Source: an uncultured delta proteobacterium | GTDB lineage: Bacteria; Myxococcota; UBA727; VGSZ01 | Assembly: GCA_963775425.1 (NCBI GenBank) | Contig: CAVZJB010000012.1 | Span: 256,001-320,000, forward strand | DNA: 64,000 bases | Direction: 5' to 3' | Shown: piece by piece, positions 19,306 through 28,730 of the stretch | Layout of the letters: every line of letters begins with the position of its first letter | Position numbering within the stretch: position 1 is the first letter of the stretch | Translations under genes and position numbers: made by a program | Notes under the pieces: model-generated | Seen by the model: only the letters and a program-made list of their open reading frames with translations | The model's database searches: none | Told to the model about the DNA's origin: nothing

Positions 19306-19898
19306 AAGCGGAACGCGAGCTGCTCGCGCGCCTCGAGCGCCGCGCCCTTCGTCGTCACGGGCGCCGCCGGCGTCGTCGGCGGGGGCGCGAGGCCGAGGCG
19401 TCCGGCCGGGTCGACGAGGAGCTGGCGTGAGAGGTGGCTCTCGCGCTTGAAGAAGCCCTCGGTGTGAAGGCTCGGGTCGAGATCGAAGACGAAGTAGTCG
19501 AGGTGGTGGCAGACCTCGTGGACCACCGTGCGCACGAAGCTCTTCTTCGCCACCGGCTTCTTCCTCGCGTGCGTGCGCATCCAGACCTTGAGCTCGGGGA
19601 CGCGGCCGTCCTCGGCTTCATAGAGGCCGTGCAGCTCGCCGTCGTCGTCGCCGGGGCGGACGGCGAGCACCTTGACCACGACGCGCGGGGCGCCGAGCTG
19701 CTCGATCATGGCGTCGACGAGTGACCGGGTGGCGCGCTGCACGGCGCGCTTGTCGTCGGCGAGGAGCGCGCGCTCGATGTCGAAAATGAGCGGGCGCAGC
19801 TCCGCCGGCCGGGGCAACGGCACGGCGACGAGCGCGTCGCTCTTTCGGTACACGGCCTGCTCGGCCTTCGACAGTCGTGCGTAGTACGGGAAACGCAT
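19302..19898 (-). CDS. Hypothetical protein with HExxH zinc-metallopeptidase motif
   Basis: ELHGLY...RTVVHEVCHHLDY...HTEGF. Confidence 0.7.
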   Translation of the reverse strand: MRFPYYARLSKAEQAVYRKSDALVAVPLPRPAELRPLIFDIERALLADDKRAVQRATRSLVDAMIEQLGAPRVVVKVLAVRPGDDDGELHGLYEAEDGRVPELKVWMRTHARKKPVAKKSFVRTVVHEVCHHLDYFVFDLDPSLHTEGFFKRESHLSRQLLVDPAGRLGLAPPPTTPAAPVTTKGAALEAREQLAFRF

Positions 19899-19950
19899 CG
19901 GATGCGTGAAGCGTATCGCGGCGCGAGCGGCGGACAAGGCGCGGCAGACG

Positions 19951-21114
19951 TCAGCGGCCGTGCGCGGCGTTCCACACGGCGAGGCGCCGGTGCACACCGT
20001 CGATGAGGTCGCCTTGCGCGAGCTGCAGGTCGGTGACGTGCAGCCCGAGCGGCTTCTGCCAGCGTGCCGCGTCGAGCTCGACGGGGTCACCGCGCTGGTC
20101 CGCGTCGGACTTGTCGAGGTCGCCGAGGCCGGTGATCTCGAGGACGGATCCGTCGTCGCCGTGGCGCACGCAGTGGCCCTGGTAGCGGTCGCGGTAGAGG
20201 ACGAAGGGCGTGTCGACGTCGACGCCCGGCCACGACGAGGGGAGGAAGGAGCGCGACAGCGGGCCGTCCGTGGGCGCGGTGCACGCGAGCTCCTGGCCGT
20301 CGGCGAGCACGAGCTCGGGGACGTCGTCGGGGTCGCGCCCGAGGTGCGGCGCCCCGCCCGGCGGCGCCGAGCGATAGGCGACGACGCAGCCGGTCTGATC
20401 GGGGCCTTCACACAGGGGCACATGCGCGAAGCTGCCGCCCACGACCTCGCCGCGGGGGACGGCGACGGCGGCGCCGGGCATCACCGACACCAGCAGCCGG
20501 TCGCGCAGGGCCTTGTCGTCGTCGCTGTCGAAGAAGTCGTGCACGAGGCGCGTGAGCATCTGCGCGCCCTGCGAGTGGCCAAGGAGGACGATGGGCCCGT
20601 CGTCGCCCGCGCGCTCGAGGAAGCTTCGGAAGGCGAGGGCGACGTCGCCGTAGGCGGTGTCGAAGCACTGCTTGCGCTTGTCGACGTCTTGCACCGCGTA
20701 GGTGCCGAGGCCCATCTGGCGATAGAGCGGCGCGTGGACGTTGCAGATCTCGGAGAAGCGCGCCGCTTGCGCGAGCGCGGTGGAGACGTCGGTCTGCGGA
20801 TCCATCACGTCGTCGATCGCCGCGCCGAGGCTCATGTGCACCGTGGGGTAGACGTAGAAGCAGTCGGCGCCGGGTTGTGCCGCACCCTCGTGCGGCACCG
20901 TCTCGAGCGAGCCGTCCGGCTTGATCTCGGTGGCGGTGAGGTCGCCGGCGCAGGCGTCGTCGGCGGACCCGGGGGAGCACAGCCAGCTCGCGTCGTCGTC
21001 GTAGTGGTCCGCGGGGAGCGGGGCGGCGCCGCAGTCGCCGGTGCTTCCGCAGCCGGCGAGCGCGGCGGCGGCGGCGACGAGAGCGGGGAGAGCGAGGCCG
21101 GCGAGTCGGTGCAT
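19951..21114 (-). CDS. DUF3089 family alpha/beta-hydrolase lipoprotein
   Basis: Lipobox LAG|C; DCFYVYPT, APLYRQ, GHSQG nucleophile elbow, GLH. Confidence 0.85.
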   Translation of the reverse strand: MHRLAGLALPALVAAAAALAGCGSTGDCGAAPLPADHYDDDASWLCSPGSADDACAGDLTATEIKPDGSLETVPHEGAAQPGADCFYVYPTVHMSLGAAIDDVMDPQTDVSTALAQAARFSEICNVHAPLYRQMGLGTYAVQDVDKRKQCFDTAYGDVALAFRSFLERAGDDGPIVLLGHSQGAQMLTRLVHDFFDSDDDKALRDRLLVSVMPGAAVAVPRGEVVGGSFAHVPLCEGPDQTGCVVAYRSAPPGGAPHLGRDPDDVPELVLADGQELACTAPTDGPLSRSFLPSSWPGVDVDTPFVLYRDRYQGHCVRHGDDGSVLEITGLGDLDKSDADQRGDPVELDAARWQKPLGLHVTDLQLAQGDLIDGVHRRLAVWNAAHGR

Positions 21115-21171
21115 GCCGGTCCGTATGCGCGGACGATGCCAGCGCCGGCGCGGCGCCCGGGCGCCCCCCGG

Positions 21172-21231
21172 CCTGCGCACGGCCGTGAACGGCTGCGCAG
21201 CCCTGCGCACGGCCGCGCAGCGCTGCGCAGC
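21172..21231. repeat. Two imperfect 30-bp tandem units containing CTGCGCA palindromic cores, in a divergent promoter region
   Basis: cctgcgcacggccgtgaacggctgcgcagc / cctgcgcacggccgcgcagcgctgcgcagc. Confidence 0.6.
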
Positions 21232-21341
21232 GGGACCGCGGGCCGCGCGCCGCGCGGGGCGCTCGGCGGCGCAGGCGGTCGCGGAGCGCGCCGGCGGCCG
21301 CACCGAGCGTGCCCTGGGCTCGTGAGGTATCGTCGCCCTGC

Positions 21342-23036
21342 ATGGCGGAGCCCGCGGCGTTCGGCCCGTACCTCCTTCTCGAACGCATCGCCGTCGGCGG
21401 CATGGCCGAGGTGTTCCTCGCGCGCCCGCTCGACCCGAAGCAGCAGAGCGGGCGGCCCGTCGTCGTCAAGAAGATGCTGCCGCAGCTCGCCGAGAGCACC
21501 GAGCACGTCACCATGTTCCTCGACGAGGCGCGGCTCGGGGCGCTCCTCAAGCACCCAAACGTCATCGACATCTTCGACGTCGGTCAGGTGGACAAGTCCT
21601 GGTACATGGCGCTCGAGTACGTCGACGGCCCCGACCTCGGCCAGGTCTTGAAGACCGCGCGCGACGCCCAGCAGCCGCTCCCCCCGTCACTCGCCGCGTA
21701 CGTCATCGCGCGCGCCGCCGAGGGGCTCCACTTCGCCCACGGCGTCAAGGACGCAAAGACCGGCATCCCGCTCGGCATCATCCACCGCGACGTCAGCCCG
21801 CAGAACATCCTCGTGGCGCGCAACGGTGACGTGAAGGTCGGCGACTTCGGCGTGGCCAAGAGCGGCGTGCAGATGCATGAGACCCAGACCGGCCTCGTGA
21901 AGGGAAAGATCTCGTATATGTCGCCGGAGCAGATCTCCGACGGCACGCTCGACGTGCGCACCGACGTCCTCGCGCTCGGCGTGTCCTTGTGGGAAGCGCT
22001 CACGCACCGCCGCATGTACTCCGGCCTCAACGACGTGGAGATCATGAAGGCGGTGTACTTCAAGACGCCGCCGCACCCGTCCACCATGGTGCACCTGCCC
22101 GTCACCTTCGACGACGAGCTCGACGCCATCGCCGCCCGCGCCCTCGCGCGCAAGCGCAACGAGCGCTTCGCCGACGCCAAAGAGATGATGCTCGCGCTCG
22201 ACGCGTGGTCGGCGCGGCAGCCGGCGCCGCCGTCCGCGGAGCTGCTGTCGTCGTGGATGCGCGCGCGCTTCGTGCCGCGCGCCACGGTGGAGGACGTCCC
22301 CACCGCGTGGGCCTACAAGAGCCCGGCGCGCGGGTCCTCCGTCGGCGACGGCGGCGACGGCGGCGATGGCGATGGCGATGGCGATGGCGGCGGCGCAGAG
22401 TCCGGCGAGGACTCCACCACCACGGTGGTCGACGGCGCGCGCTACCAGGCCGACGCCGGAGAGGCCATCGAGCCCGTCGAGCCAGCCGAGCTCGCGGGCG
22501 CACCGACCGTGGTGACGCCGACCACCCGGCCGCGCATCCCCGTGAAGAAGGGCACGGTGCTCAAGCCCCTGAAGCGCAGGCCGCAGAAGCCGGCGCAGAA
22601 GCGCGATCTGGTGTTGTACGTCGAGGACGAGCAGCAGAACTGGGAGGTGGCCGAGCTCCTCCTCAAGAAGAACTATGACCTCGTGCACGCGCCCGACGAT
22701 CAGATGGCGTGCGAGATCCTGCGCACGCGCGGCAGCGAGCTCACCGCGGTGCTGATGGACATCCAGCTCAAGGGCTCCACGCTCGACGGCATCGCGCTCA
22801 CCAAGCTCATCCGCGGCGGCGCCGTCGACGGCGTGCCCTCCTACGCCCGCGGCGTCCCCACGCTCGACGTCCCCGTCTTCTTCGTCACGGCGTACGCGGC
22901 GCGCTACACGGAGCGGGAGCTCCTGGCCGTCGGCGCCGACAAGCTCGTGACCAAGCCCGTGGACTTCGCGCAGATGACGCTGGCCCTCACGTCGTACCAG
23001 TTGCGCCGCGCCGCGCGCCGCGAGAGCGCCTCGTAG
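21342..23036 (+). CDS. Hanks-type Ser/Thr protein kinase with C-terminal response-regulator receiver domain
   Basis: GGMAEVF, VVKK, HRDVSPQN, DFG, YMSPE; receiver VLYVEDE...VLMDIQL...FVTA...TKP; no TM segment. Confidence 0.92.
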   Translation: MAEPAAFGPYLLLERIAVGGMAEVFLARPLDPKQQSGRPVVVKKMLPQLAESTEHVTMFLDEARLGALLKHPNVIDIFDVGQVDKSWYMALEYVDGPDLGQVLKTARDAQQPLPPSLAAYVIARAAEGLHFAHGVKDAKTGIPLGIIHRDVSPQNILVARNGDVKVGDFGVAKSGVQMHETQTGLVKGKISYMSPEQISDGTLDVRTDVLALGVSLWEALTHRRMYSGLNDVEIMKAVYFKTPPHPSTMVHLPVTFDDELDAIAARALARKRNERFADAKEMMLALDAWSARQPAPPSAELLSSWMRARFVPRATVEDVPTAWAYKSPARGSSVGDGGDGGDGDGDGDGGGAESGEDSTTTVVDGARYQADAGEAIEPVEPAELAGAPTVVTPTTRPRIPVKKGTVLKPLKRRPQKPAQKRDLVLYVEDEQQNWEVAELLLKKNYDLVHAPDDQMACEILRTRGSELTAVLMDIQLKGSTLDGIALTKLIRGGAVDGVPSYARGVPTLDVPVFFVTAYAARYTERELLAVGADKLVTKPVDFAQMTLALTSYQLRRAARRESAS

Positions 23037-23043
23037 GCGAACG

Positions 23044-23934
23044 CTATGCGTCGGGGCGCGCGGGCGTGTCGACGGTGCGGCCGGCGATGGGCGCGAGGCC
23101 GGAGCGGATGTGCAGGTCGCGCTGCGGGAAAGGGATCTCGATGGACTTGTGGCGGAAGGCGGCGTCGATGGCGTAGCGCAGACGAGACGCCGTCTTCAGG
23201 TCCTCGCCGGGCCGCGCGATCCAGACGAGCAGGGAGAAGTCGAGGCTGGACTCGCCGAAGTCGTCGAAGCGCACCTCGGGCTCGGGGATCTGGAGCAACT
23301 GCGTGTCGGCGAGCGCCACCGACAGCAGCGTCTCCTTCACCAGGTTCGGGTCCGTGCCGTAGGCGACGCCCACTTTGACCGTCACCCGCAGGTTGGTGGT
23401 GGGCACCGAGTGGTTGATCACCTGCGCGGTGACGAGCTCGCTGTTGGGGACGATGATCGTGACCTCGTCCCGCGTGACCACGCGCGTGGCGCGCATGCCC
23501 ACGTCGAGGACGGAGCCGTACGCCTCGCCGATCTGGACGAAGTCCCCGCGGGCGACGGGTCGCTCGATGAGCAGGATGATGCCCGACACGAAGTTCTGCG
23601 CGATGTTCTGCAGACCGAAGCCGATGCCGACGAGCAGCACGGTGGACGCGGCGAGGAGAGCGTCGAGCCGGATGCCCACGGACATGATGGCGACGAGGAC
23701 GCCGATCAGGATGATGAGGTAGCGGACGATCTTCACGAGCGCGAAGCGCGCGCCCTGGGCGACGCCGCGGGTCTCGAGCAGCCGGCGCAGCGCGCGGCTG
23801 CCGAGCGCGGCGAGGAGGTAGGAGACGACGACGATGGTGGCGCCGACGAACAGGCTGGCCGGCGTGATGGGGCCGCCCGCGAGGTGCACCAGCGGGGTGT
23901 GCGCGAGCTTCTTCACGTGATCGAACGTCGGCAT
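23044..23934 (-). CDS. Small-conductance mechanosensitive channel (MscS family)
   Basis: GIGFGLQNIAQNFVSG, GMRAT, IIVPNS, VGVAYG, IEIPFPQRD. Confidence 0.93.
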   Translation of the reverse strand: MPTFDHVKKLAHTPLVHLAGGPITPASLFVGATIVVVSYLLAALGSRALRRLLETRGVAQGARFALVKIVRYLIILIGVLVAIMSVGIRLDALLAASTVLLVGIGFGLQNIAQNFVSGIILLIERPVARGDFVQIGEAYGSVLDVGMRATRVVTRDEVTIIVPNSELVTAQVINHSVPTTNLRVTVKVGVAYGTDPNLVKETLLSVALADTQLLQIPEPEVRFDDFGESSLDFSLLVWIARPGEDLKTASRLRYAIDAAFRHKSIEIPFPQRDLHIRSGLAPIAGRTVDTPARPDA

Positions 23935-24021
23935 GGCCGGGCGAGGATGCGCAGACGCCGCCGCGGGGCACAACCACGTCGGGCACGGCGAGACGTGGCG
24001 CCTCGGGGCGCCCTTTGCGGC

Positions 24022-26145
24022 TCAGCTCCTGCCCGGCGCGGCCGCGGGTCCCGGCCTCGCGGGCATCCGCACGATGAACGTGCTGCCCTCGCCGAGCGCG
24101 CTCTCGACGGCCACGGTGCCCCCGTGCAGCTCGACGATCTGCTTCACGATGGCGAGGCCGAGGCCGGTGCCGCCGTGTCTGCGCGTGTGGCCCCCCTCCA
24201 CCTGCCGGAAAGACTCGAAGATCGCCGTGTGGTGCTCCGGCGCGATGCCCGGCCCGGCGTCGCGCACGCGAAAGACGACGTCGCGCGCCTCCTTCCCGGC
24301 GTCGGCGACGGTGCGTGCCTCGACGTGGACGACGCCGCCGCGCGGCGAGAACTTCACCGCGTTGGCGGCGAGGTTGATGAGCACCTGCGTGAGCCGTGTG
24401 CGGTCGGCGTCGAGGTGGGTGTCGCCGTCGATGTCGGAGCGGACCTCGACGCCGGCGGCGCGCGCCACGGGGCCGACCGTCTCGAGCGCGCGCGCCACCA
24501 CGTCGGCGGCGGCGAGCGCCTCGGGCGAGAGCTTCATGCGGCCTGCGGACAGCTTGCTGAAGTCGAGGATGTCGTTCACCACGGCGAGCAGGTGCTCGCC
24601 GGAGCCGATGATGGACTGGAGGTGGGCGGCGAGGGCGTCGCCGTCGTCGGGCGCGAAGCGGCGCTGCTCGAGGACGAGGCCGGGCTCGCCGCAGGAGGGG
24701 CAGGGGGTGTCGTCCTCGACGGGGGCGTCGTCCTCGGCCTCGAACAGGGATCCACAACGGCTGCAGGCGACGACGCTGCGCTCTTCGATCTGCTGGAGCA
24801 GTCCGCGGGGGACGTTGAGGATGGCGTTCAGCGGGGTGCGCAGCTCGTGCGACGTGTTGGCCAGGAACTCGCTCTTGAGGCGCGCCGTCTCCTCGGACCG
24901 CGCCAGAGCGTCGACCAACGCAACGTTCTTCTCGCGGAGCTGGCGGCCGAGGCGGAGGAAGTCGGCGAAGGCGAGCACCACCGCCATGAGCCCGAGGTTC
25001 ATCACGCCGTACGCGAACAGGCGGGGCGTATAGACGACGTTGAGGTCGCAGAGGAGATCGGACGCGCCCGTCACGGCGGTGACGGCGATGGCCATGGCGA
25101 GCACCGGGCCGTACTCGGTGCGTGGGCGCCGCAGGTCGCGCGCGGCGAAGAACAACGCATGCAGGATCACGACGAACAGCCACGGTGACAGCGGCTTGTA
25201 CGCCTGCTGCACGCCGAAGAGCACGGCGGCGGCGAACCAGCCCGCGCACAGGAAGCGGTTGAAGACGCGAAAGCCGGTGACGCGCCCGGCGTAGTAGCTC
25301 TCGATGAGCTCGGGGGTGACGAGCGCGATGCCGATGATGGCGTAGATGGTGAGCTTGCCCTGCGCCTGGGCGCCGAAGAGCACGCCGACGAAGGCGCCGG
25401 TCTTGCCCATCAAGTAGACGACGAGCACGCACATCACCAGCAGCGACGCGCGGTACAGGCCGCGGTTTTCGCCGGCATCCCCGCGCGACAGCAGATACGC
25501 GACGAGGGCGATGCCGAAGATGTTCACCATCAGCGCGCCGTACTCGAGCAGCCACTTCATGGACGTGGCGCGCTCGAGATACGTCTTCACCACCGCCGGC
25601 GGGCCGAGGAGGAAGCGGCCGTCGGCGATGCCGTCGTCGGGGTTGGGGTTGATGATCTCGAGCGCGAGCACGTTGTCGCCGGCCCTGAGGGCCGCGGCCG
25701 ACACCGCGAAGCCGTCGAGGCGCTCCGGATCGAGGAGCGTGTTGCTCTCGGGAACGCCGCGCTCACCGACGTAGTCCCCGTTGACGTAGACGCGCGCGAA
25801 GCCGCCGGTCTTGGGGACGATCAGGAACGCGTCCTCCTCGGGGGCGCGCGGGAGCGTGAAGTGCTTGCGCGCCCACCCGTGCAGGTAGCGCACGCCGCGC
25901 CCCGCGTAGGGGCCGGGGATGACGAAGGGGTGCCAGGCGCCGTCGTCGATGTCTCCCGCGTGCGCCGCCACGTCCGTGCCGTGCGCGCGCCCGCCGTCGT
26001 CGTCGCCGGTGAACAGCCACGGGCCGTCGAGCCGTAGCACGTCGTCGCCGCGGGGGACGGGGAACACCGCGAGGGCGAGCACGACGGGCACGATCGGCAA
26101 CAGGGCCGCGAGCCACACCTTGGCGCCGGGACGAGGGGTGTCCAC
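24022..26145 (-). CDS. Membrane sensor histidine kinase with carbohydrate-binding-like periplasmic domain, about 7 TM helices and a Zn-ribbon insert in the DHp domain
   Basis: LDGPWLFTGDD...W..IPG...VYVNG jelly-roll; SHELRTPLN; CSRC-x17-CPSC; NLAANAVKF, DAGPGI, GTGLGL. Confidence 0.9.
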   Translation of the reverse strand: MDTPRPGAKVWLAALLPIVPVVLALAVFPVPRGDDVLRLDGPWLFTGDDDGGRAHGTDVAAHAGDIDDGAWHPFVIPGPYAGRGVRYLHGWARKHFTLPRAPEEDAFLIVPKTGGFARVYVNGDYVGERGVPESNTLLDPERLDGFAVSAAALRAGDNVLALEIINPNPDDGIADGRFLLGPPAVVKTYLERATSMKWLLEYGALMVNIFGIALVAYLLSRGDAGENRGLYRASLLVMCVLVVYLMGKTGAFVGVLFGAQAQGKLTIYAIIGIALVTPELIESYYAGRVTGFRVFNRFLCAGWFAAAVLFGVQQAYKPLSPWLFVVILHALFFAARDLRRPRTEYGPVLAMAIAVTAVTGASDLLCDLNVVYTPRLFAYGVMNLGLMAVVLAFADFLRLGRQLREKNVALVDALARSEETARLKSEFLANTSHELRTPLNAILNVPRGLLQQIEERSVVACSRCGSLFEAEDDAPVEDDTPCPSCGEPGLVLEQRRFAPDDGDALAAHLQSIIGSGEHLLAVVNDILDFSKLSAGRMKLSPEALAAADVVARALETVGPVARAAGVEVRSDIDGDTHLDADRTRLTQVLINLAANAVKFSPRGGVVHVEARTVADAGKEARDVVFRVRDAGPGIAPEHHTAIFESFRQVEGGHTRRHGGTGLGLAIVKQIVELHGGTVAVESALGEGSTFIVRMPARPGPAAAPGRS

Positions 26146-26209
26146 GACGTGATGCTACCGCGACTGCGCGGCGGACGCCCTTCGCGCCACCGGCGGAGCT
26201 TCGCGCGCG

Positions 26210-27037
26210 TCAGGGCGCGAGGGCGGCGAACCACGCCGCCGCGAGCAGCACCGCGTTCGCCGCCACCATCGGCAGCGGCGCGAGCAGGAGGTCGCGTGCC
26301 CGGCGCAGCTCGATGGCGTTCATGGTCACGACGAGCGCCGTCTGCGCCGACGCACACAGCGGCGCCGCGACGCCCGAAAGCATCCATAGCCCGACGAACG
26401 CCTCCCCGGCGCCGATCACGCGCGTGAGCGCCGGCGCGACGACGTCGCCGAGGATGCGCGCCACGATGCGCTCGTGCCGCGGGACGAGCCGCAGGAGCTT
26501 GAAGAGCACGCCGAAGACGATCCACACGGCGGCGACTGCGGTACGCAGGACGTCGGGCAGCGCGGCGAAGTCGAGGGGGCGCGGGCGCAGCGCGGCGAGA
26601 TCGACGTCGAGGGAGGCGTCGAGCTGGCGCGCGAAGGCCCACGCGTACACCGCGACGTAGAGCGCGAAGCCGGCGGCGGCGGCGGCGCGGACGGGGAGGC
26701 GCCACGGCGAGCCGCGCAACAGCACCGGGTCGAACACCAGCGGCTGTGCGGCGAGCCGCAGCGCCCAGAAGATCGCGGAGAAACCGAGAAAGAGGCGCGC
26801 GCCGCCGCTCGGCTCCAAGAGGAGCTCCGGCCGGCTCGCGGCGACGACGCCGAGCGCGACGACGACAAAGGCGACGAAGAACGTGTGCACCGCGAACACG
26901 CGCGCGGTGAGCGGCGACAGCTTCGACGTCTCCCGCGTCCAGCCGAAGAGCCGCCACAGCGGGAGATGCGCGAGCCCGAGGGCGACGTGGCTCACCCCGG
27001 CGATGCGCAGCGCGAGCTCGAGCGCGCTCGCCGTCAC
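26210..27037 (-). CDS. Membrane protein with C-terminal DoxX-like domain
   Basis: N-half W..E..KLSPLTARVFAVHTFF; C-half AAVWIVFG...KLL..VPRHERIVARIL; GTGA-coupled. Confidence 0.7.
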   Translation of the reverse strand: MTASALELALRIAGVSHVALGLAHLPLWRLFGWTRETSKLSPLTARVFAVHTFFVAFVVVALGVVAASRPELLLEPSGGARLFLGFSAIFWALRLAAQPLVFDPVLLRGSPWRLPVRAAAAAGFALYVAVYAWAFARQLDASLDVDLAALRPRPLDFAALPDVLRTAVAAVWIVFGVLFKLLRLVPRHERIVARILGDVVAPALTRVIGAGEAFVGLWMLSGVAAPLCASAQTALVVTMNAIELRRARDLLLAPLPMVAANAVLLAAAWFAALAP

Positions 27038-27984
27038 TGCGCCTCCGCGCGCGCCGGCGTCGTCGCGGCGACCGCGGGCGACTTTTCGAACGCGAACGCG
27101 GCGACCCACGGCGTCACCCGCCGCTCGACGGCGACGGCGAGCCCCGCGTCGGCCGCGAGGCGAAGCCACTCCGAGCGCGGCTGGAAGTGGAGGAAGCCGG
27201 GGCCGTAGGCGACGAAATTCGCCGCGTCGCGCAGGTGCTCGACGAGGAGCACGCGCCCGCCGGGGCGGAGCGCGCGCGCGAGCTCGGCGAAGAAGCGCTC
27301 GCGGATCGCGGCATCCCGGATCTCGTGCGCGGAGAAGACGACGGTGACGACGTCGCAGCTCTCGTCTTCGAGCGGCAGCGCCGCCGGCGGCGCCTTCTTC
27401 GCCACGTGCGCCCGCGGCGTCAGCGCCCGCGCCCGCTGCACGGACGGCGCGCGCACGACGACGCCGTCGTAGACATCGATGCGCGCGTGGCACCGTCCGG
27501 GCATCACCGCGTCGAGGTCGACCTCCGCGTCGAGGCCCGCGTCGACCGCCGCCCACACGAACGCCCCGTCCGGCGCGTGGGGCGGCGCCTCATCCGGCGT
27601 CGACCCGTAGGACGGGGGCTCGTCCCCCGCTTCGAGATGCGTCGCACGGGGGAGGAGCGCCGCGACCCACGTCCCGGTCGAGAGCGCGGAGCGGTCGTAG
27701 ACGAAGTGCGAGACAGCGAGCGCGAGCGCCGACCACGCGCACGCGAAGATCGCGCCGGCGACGACGACGCCGCCGAGCGCGCCGCCGCCGAGGTCGCCCG
27801 CTGCGACGGCTGCGACGGCGCCGGCGGCGGCGCCCCACGTGAGCGCGAACCTGGGCCAGTTGTAGAGAAAGATCCGCAGCGCCCCGCTCCGGCGCTTCGG
27901 CGCGGGCGCCGGCAAGGTGGACGACGTCAGCGTGGTGGACGCGCCCGCCGCCACCGGCGATGCGACGTCGCCGGGCCCGGTCAC
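27034..27984 (-). CDS. SAM-dependent methyltransferase (type 11-like) with N-terminal TM segments
   Basis: LPLEDESCDVV, HEIR, ELARALRPGGRVLLVEHLRD; GTGA-coupled; motif I degenerate (VDAGLD). Confidence 0.8.
   Translation of the reverse strand: MTGPGDVASPVAAGASTTLTSSTLPAPAPKRRSGALRIFLYNWPRFALTWGAAAGAVAAVAAGDLGGGALGGVVVAGAIFACAWSALALAVSHFVYDRSALSTGTWVAALLPRATHLEAGDEPPSYGSTPDEAPPHAPDGAFVWAAVDAGLDAEVDLDAVMPGRCHARIDVYDGVVVRAPSVQRARALTPRAHVAKKAPPAALPLEDESCDVVTVVFSAHEIRDAAIRERFFAELARALRPGGRVLLVEHLRDAANFVAYGPGFLHFQPRSEWLRLAADAGLAVAVERRVTPWVAAFAFEKSPAVAATTPARAEAQ
27601..27630 (+). repeat. GTAG-type REP-like palindrome lying in frame within the methyltransferase gene
   Basis: cgacccGTAGGACGGGGGCTCGTCCCCCGC, 28/30 identical to the reverse complement of 4458-4487. 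Confidence 0.75.
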
Positions 27985-28730
27985 GGCCGCGCCTCGAGGA
28001 CGCCGGCGTTCCAACCGTAGGGCACGTTCTCGACGAAGAATGCGTTCGCGAGCACGGCCGACTCGAGGTCCGGACGCGCGAGGAAGCTCGAGCGCTGCGC
28101 GACGATGCGCACCGGCCGCGGATCCCACGCCGAGCGCACACCGCGCACGACGAGCATCTTTTCGCCGTCGGCGTCGAACGTGTAGGGCAAGGGGCCGGCG
28201 AACTTGCGCGCGTCGGCGAGCGTCGCAAACGGCGAGCCCGCGGGGAGCGCGTCGGTCTCTCCGAGGTCGGCCTCGACGTGGAGGTCGGCCTCGGCGCCGC
28301 TGGTGCGGACGTCGACGACGAGGCGCTCGCCCGCGCGGGAGGCGTCGACGTCGGCCTTGCGGTAGCCGTAGTGCGTGAACGCGTTTCCGAGCCGCACCAT
28401 GCTCGCGCGATCGGCGTCGCTGCGCAGGATCTTGAGGCCGCGCAGCGTCGCCTGCCCCGGCCGCACGAAGCGCGTAAACACGCGATAGCCGCTCAAGAAG
28501 AAGTCGCGGCCGAAGACGCGCGGCAAGCCCTTGGGCCGCAGCTTCTCGGTCTGCACGAGCGCGATGGCGAGGAAGCCGCGCTCGTCGTCGCCGGCGCCGA
28601 ACGTGTCGAGCTCGAGCCCGCGCGGGACCAGCGGCCGCAGCGCCCGCGGCGGCAGCGCGTACGTGAGCACGAGCGACCAGCGGAAAAACGCCTCAACGGG
28701 AAACGGGTGTCGCCGCAGCGCCGCGAGCAT
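27981..28730 (-). CDS. DUF2071 family protein
   Basis: RRHPFPVEAFF..SLVLTYA, LRPKGLP, F.L.GYRVF, GN.FTHY, ARKFAGPLPYTF. Confidence 0.8.
   Translation of the reverse strand: MLAALRRHPFPVEAFFRWSLVLTYALPPRALRPLVPRGLELDTFGAGDDERGFLAIALVQTEKLRPKGLPRVFGRDFFLSGYRVFTRFVRPGQATLRGLKILRSDADRASMVRLGNAFTHYGYRKADVDASRAGERLVVDVRTSGAEADLHVEADLGETDALPAGSPFATLADARKFAGPLPYTFDADGEKMLVVRGVRSAWDPRPVRIVAQRSSFLARPDLESAVLANAFFVENVPYGWNAGVLEARP

Noticed and set aside
21126-21141. sigma54 promoter for the DUF3089 gene (TGGCATCGTCCGCGCA on the minus strand)
   Set aside because: GG/GC spacing is right but the -12 TTGC is poor; chance matches are common at this GC content.
22340-22400. GD-rich microsatellites (also ~33610-33645) as separate elements
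   Set aside because: They are in-frame low-complexity interdomain linkers.
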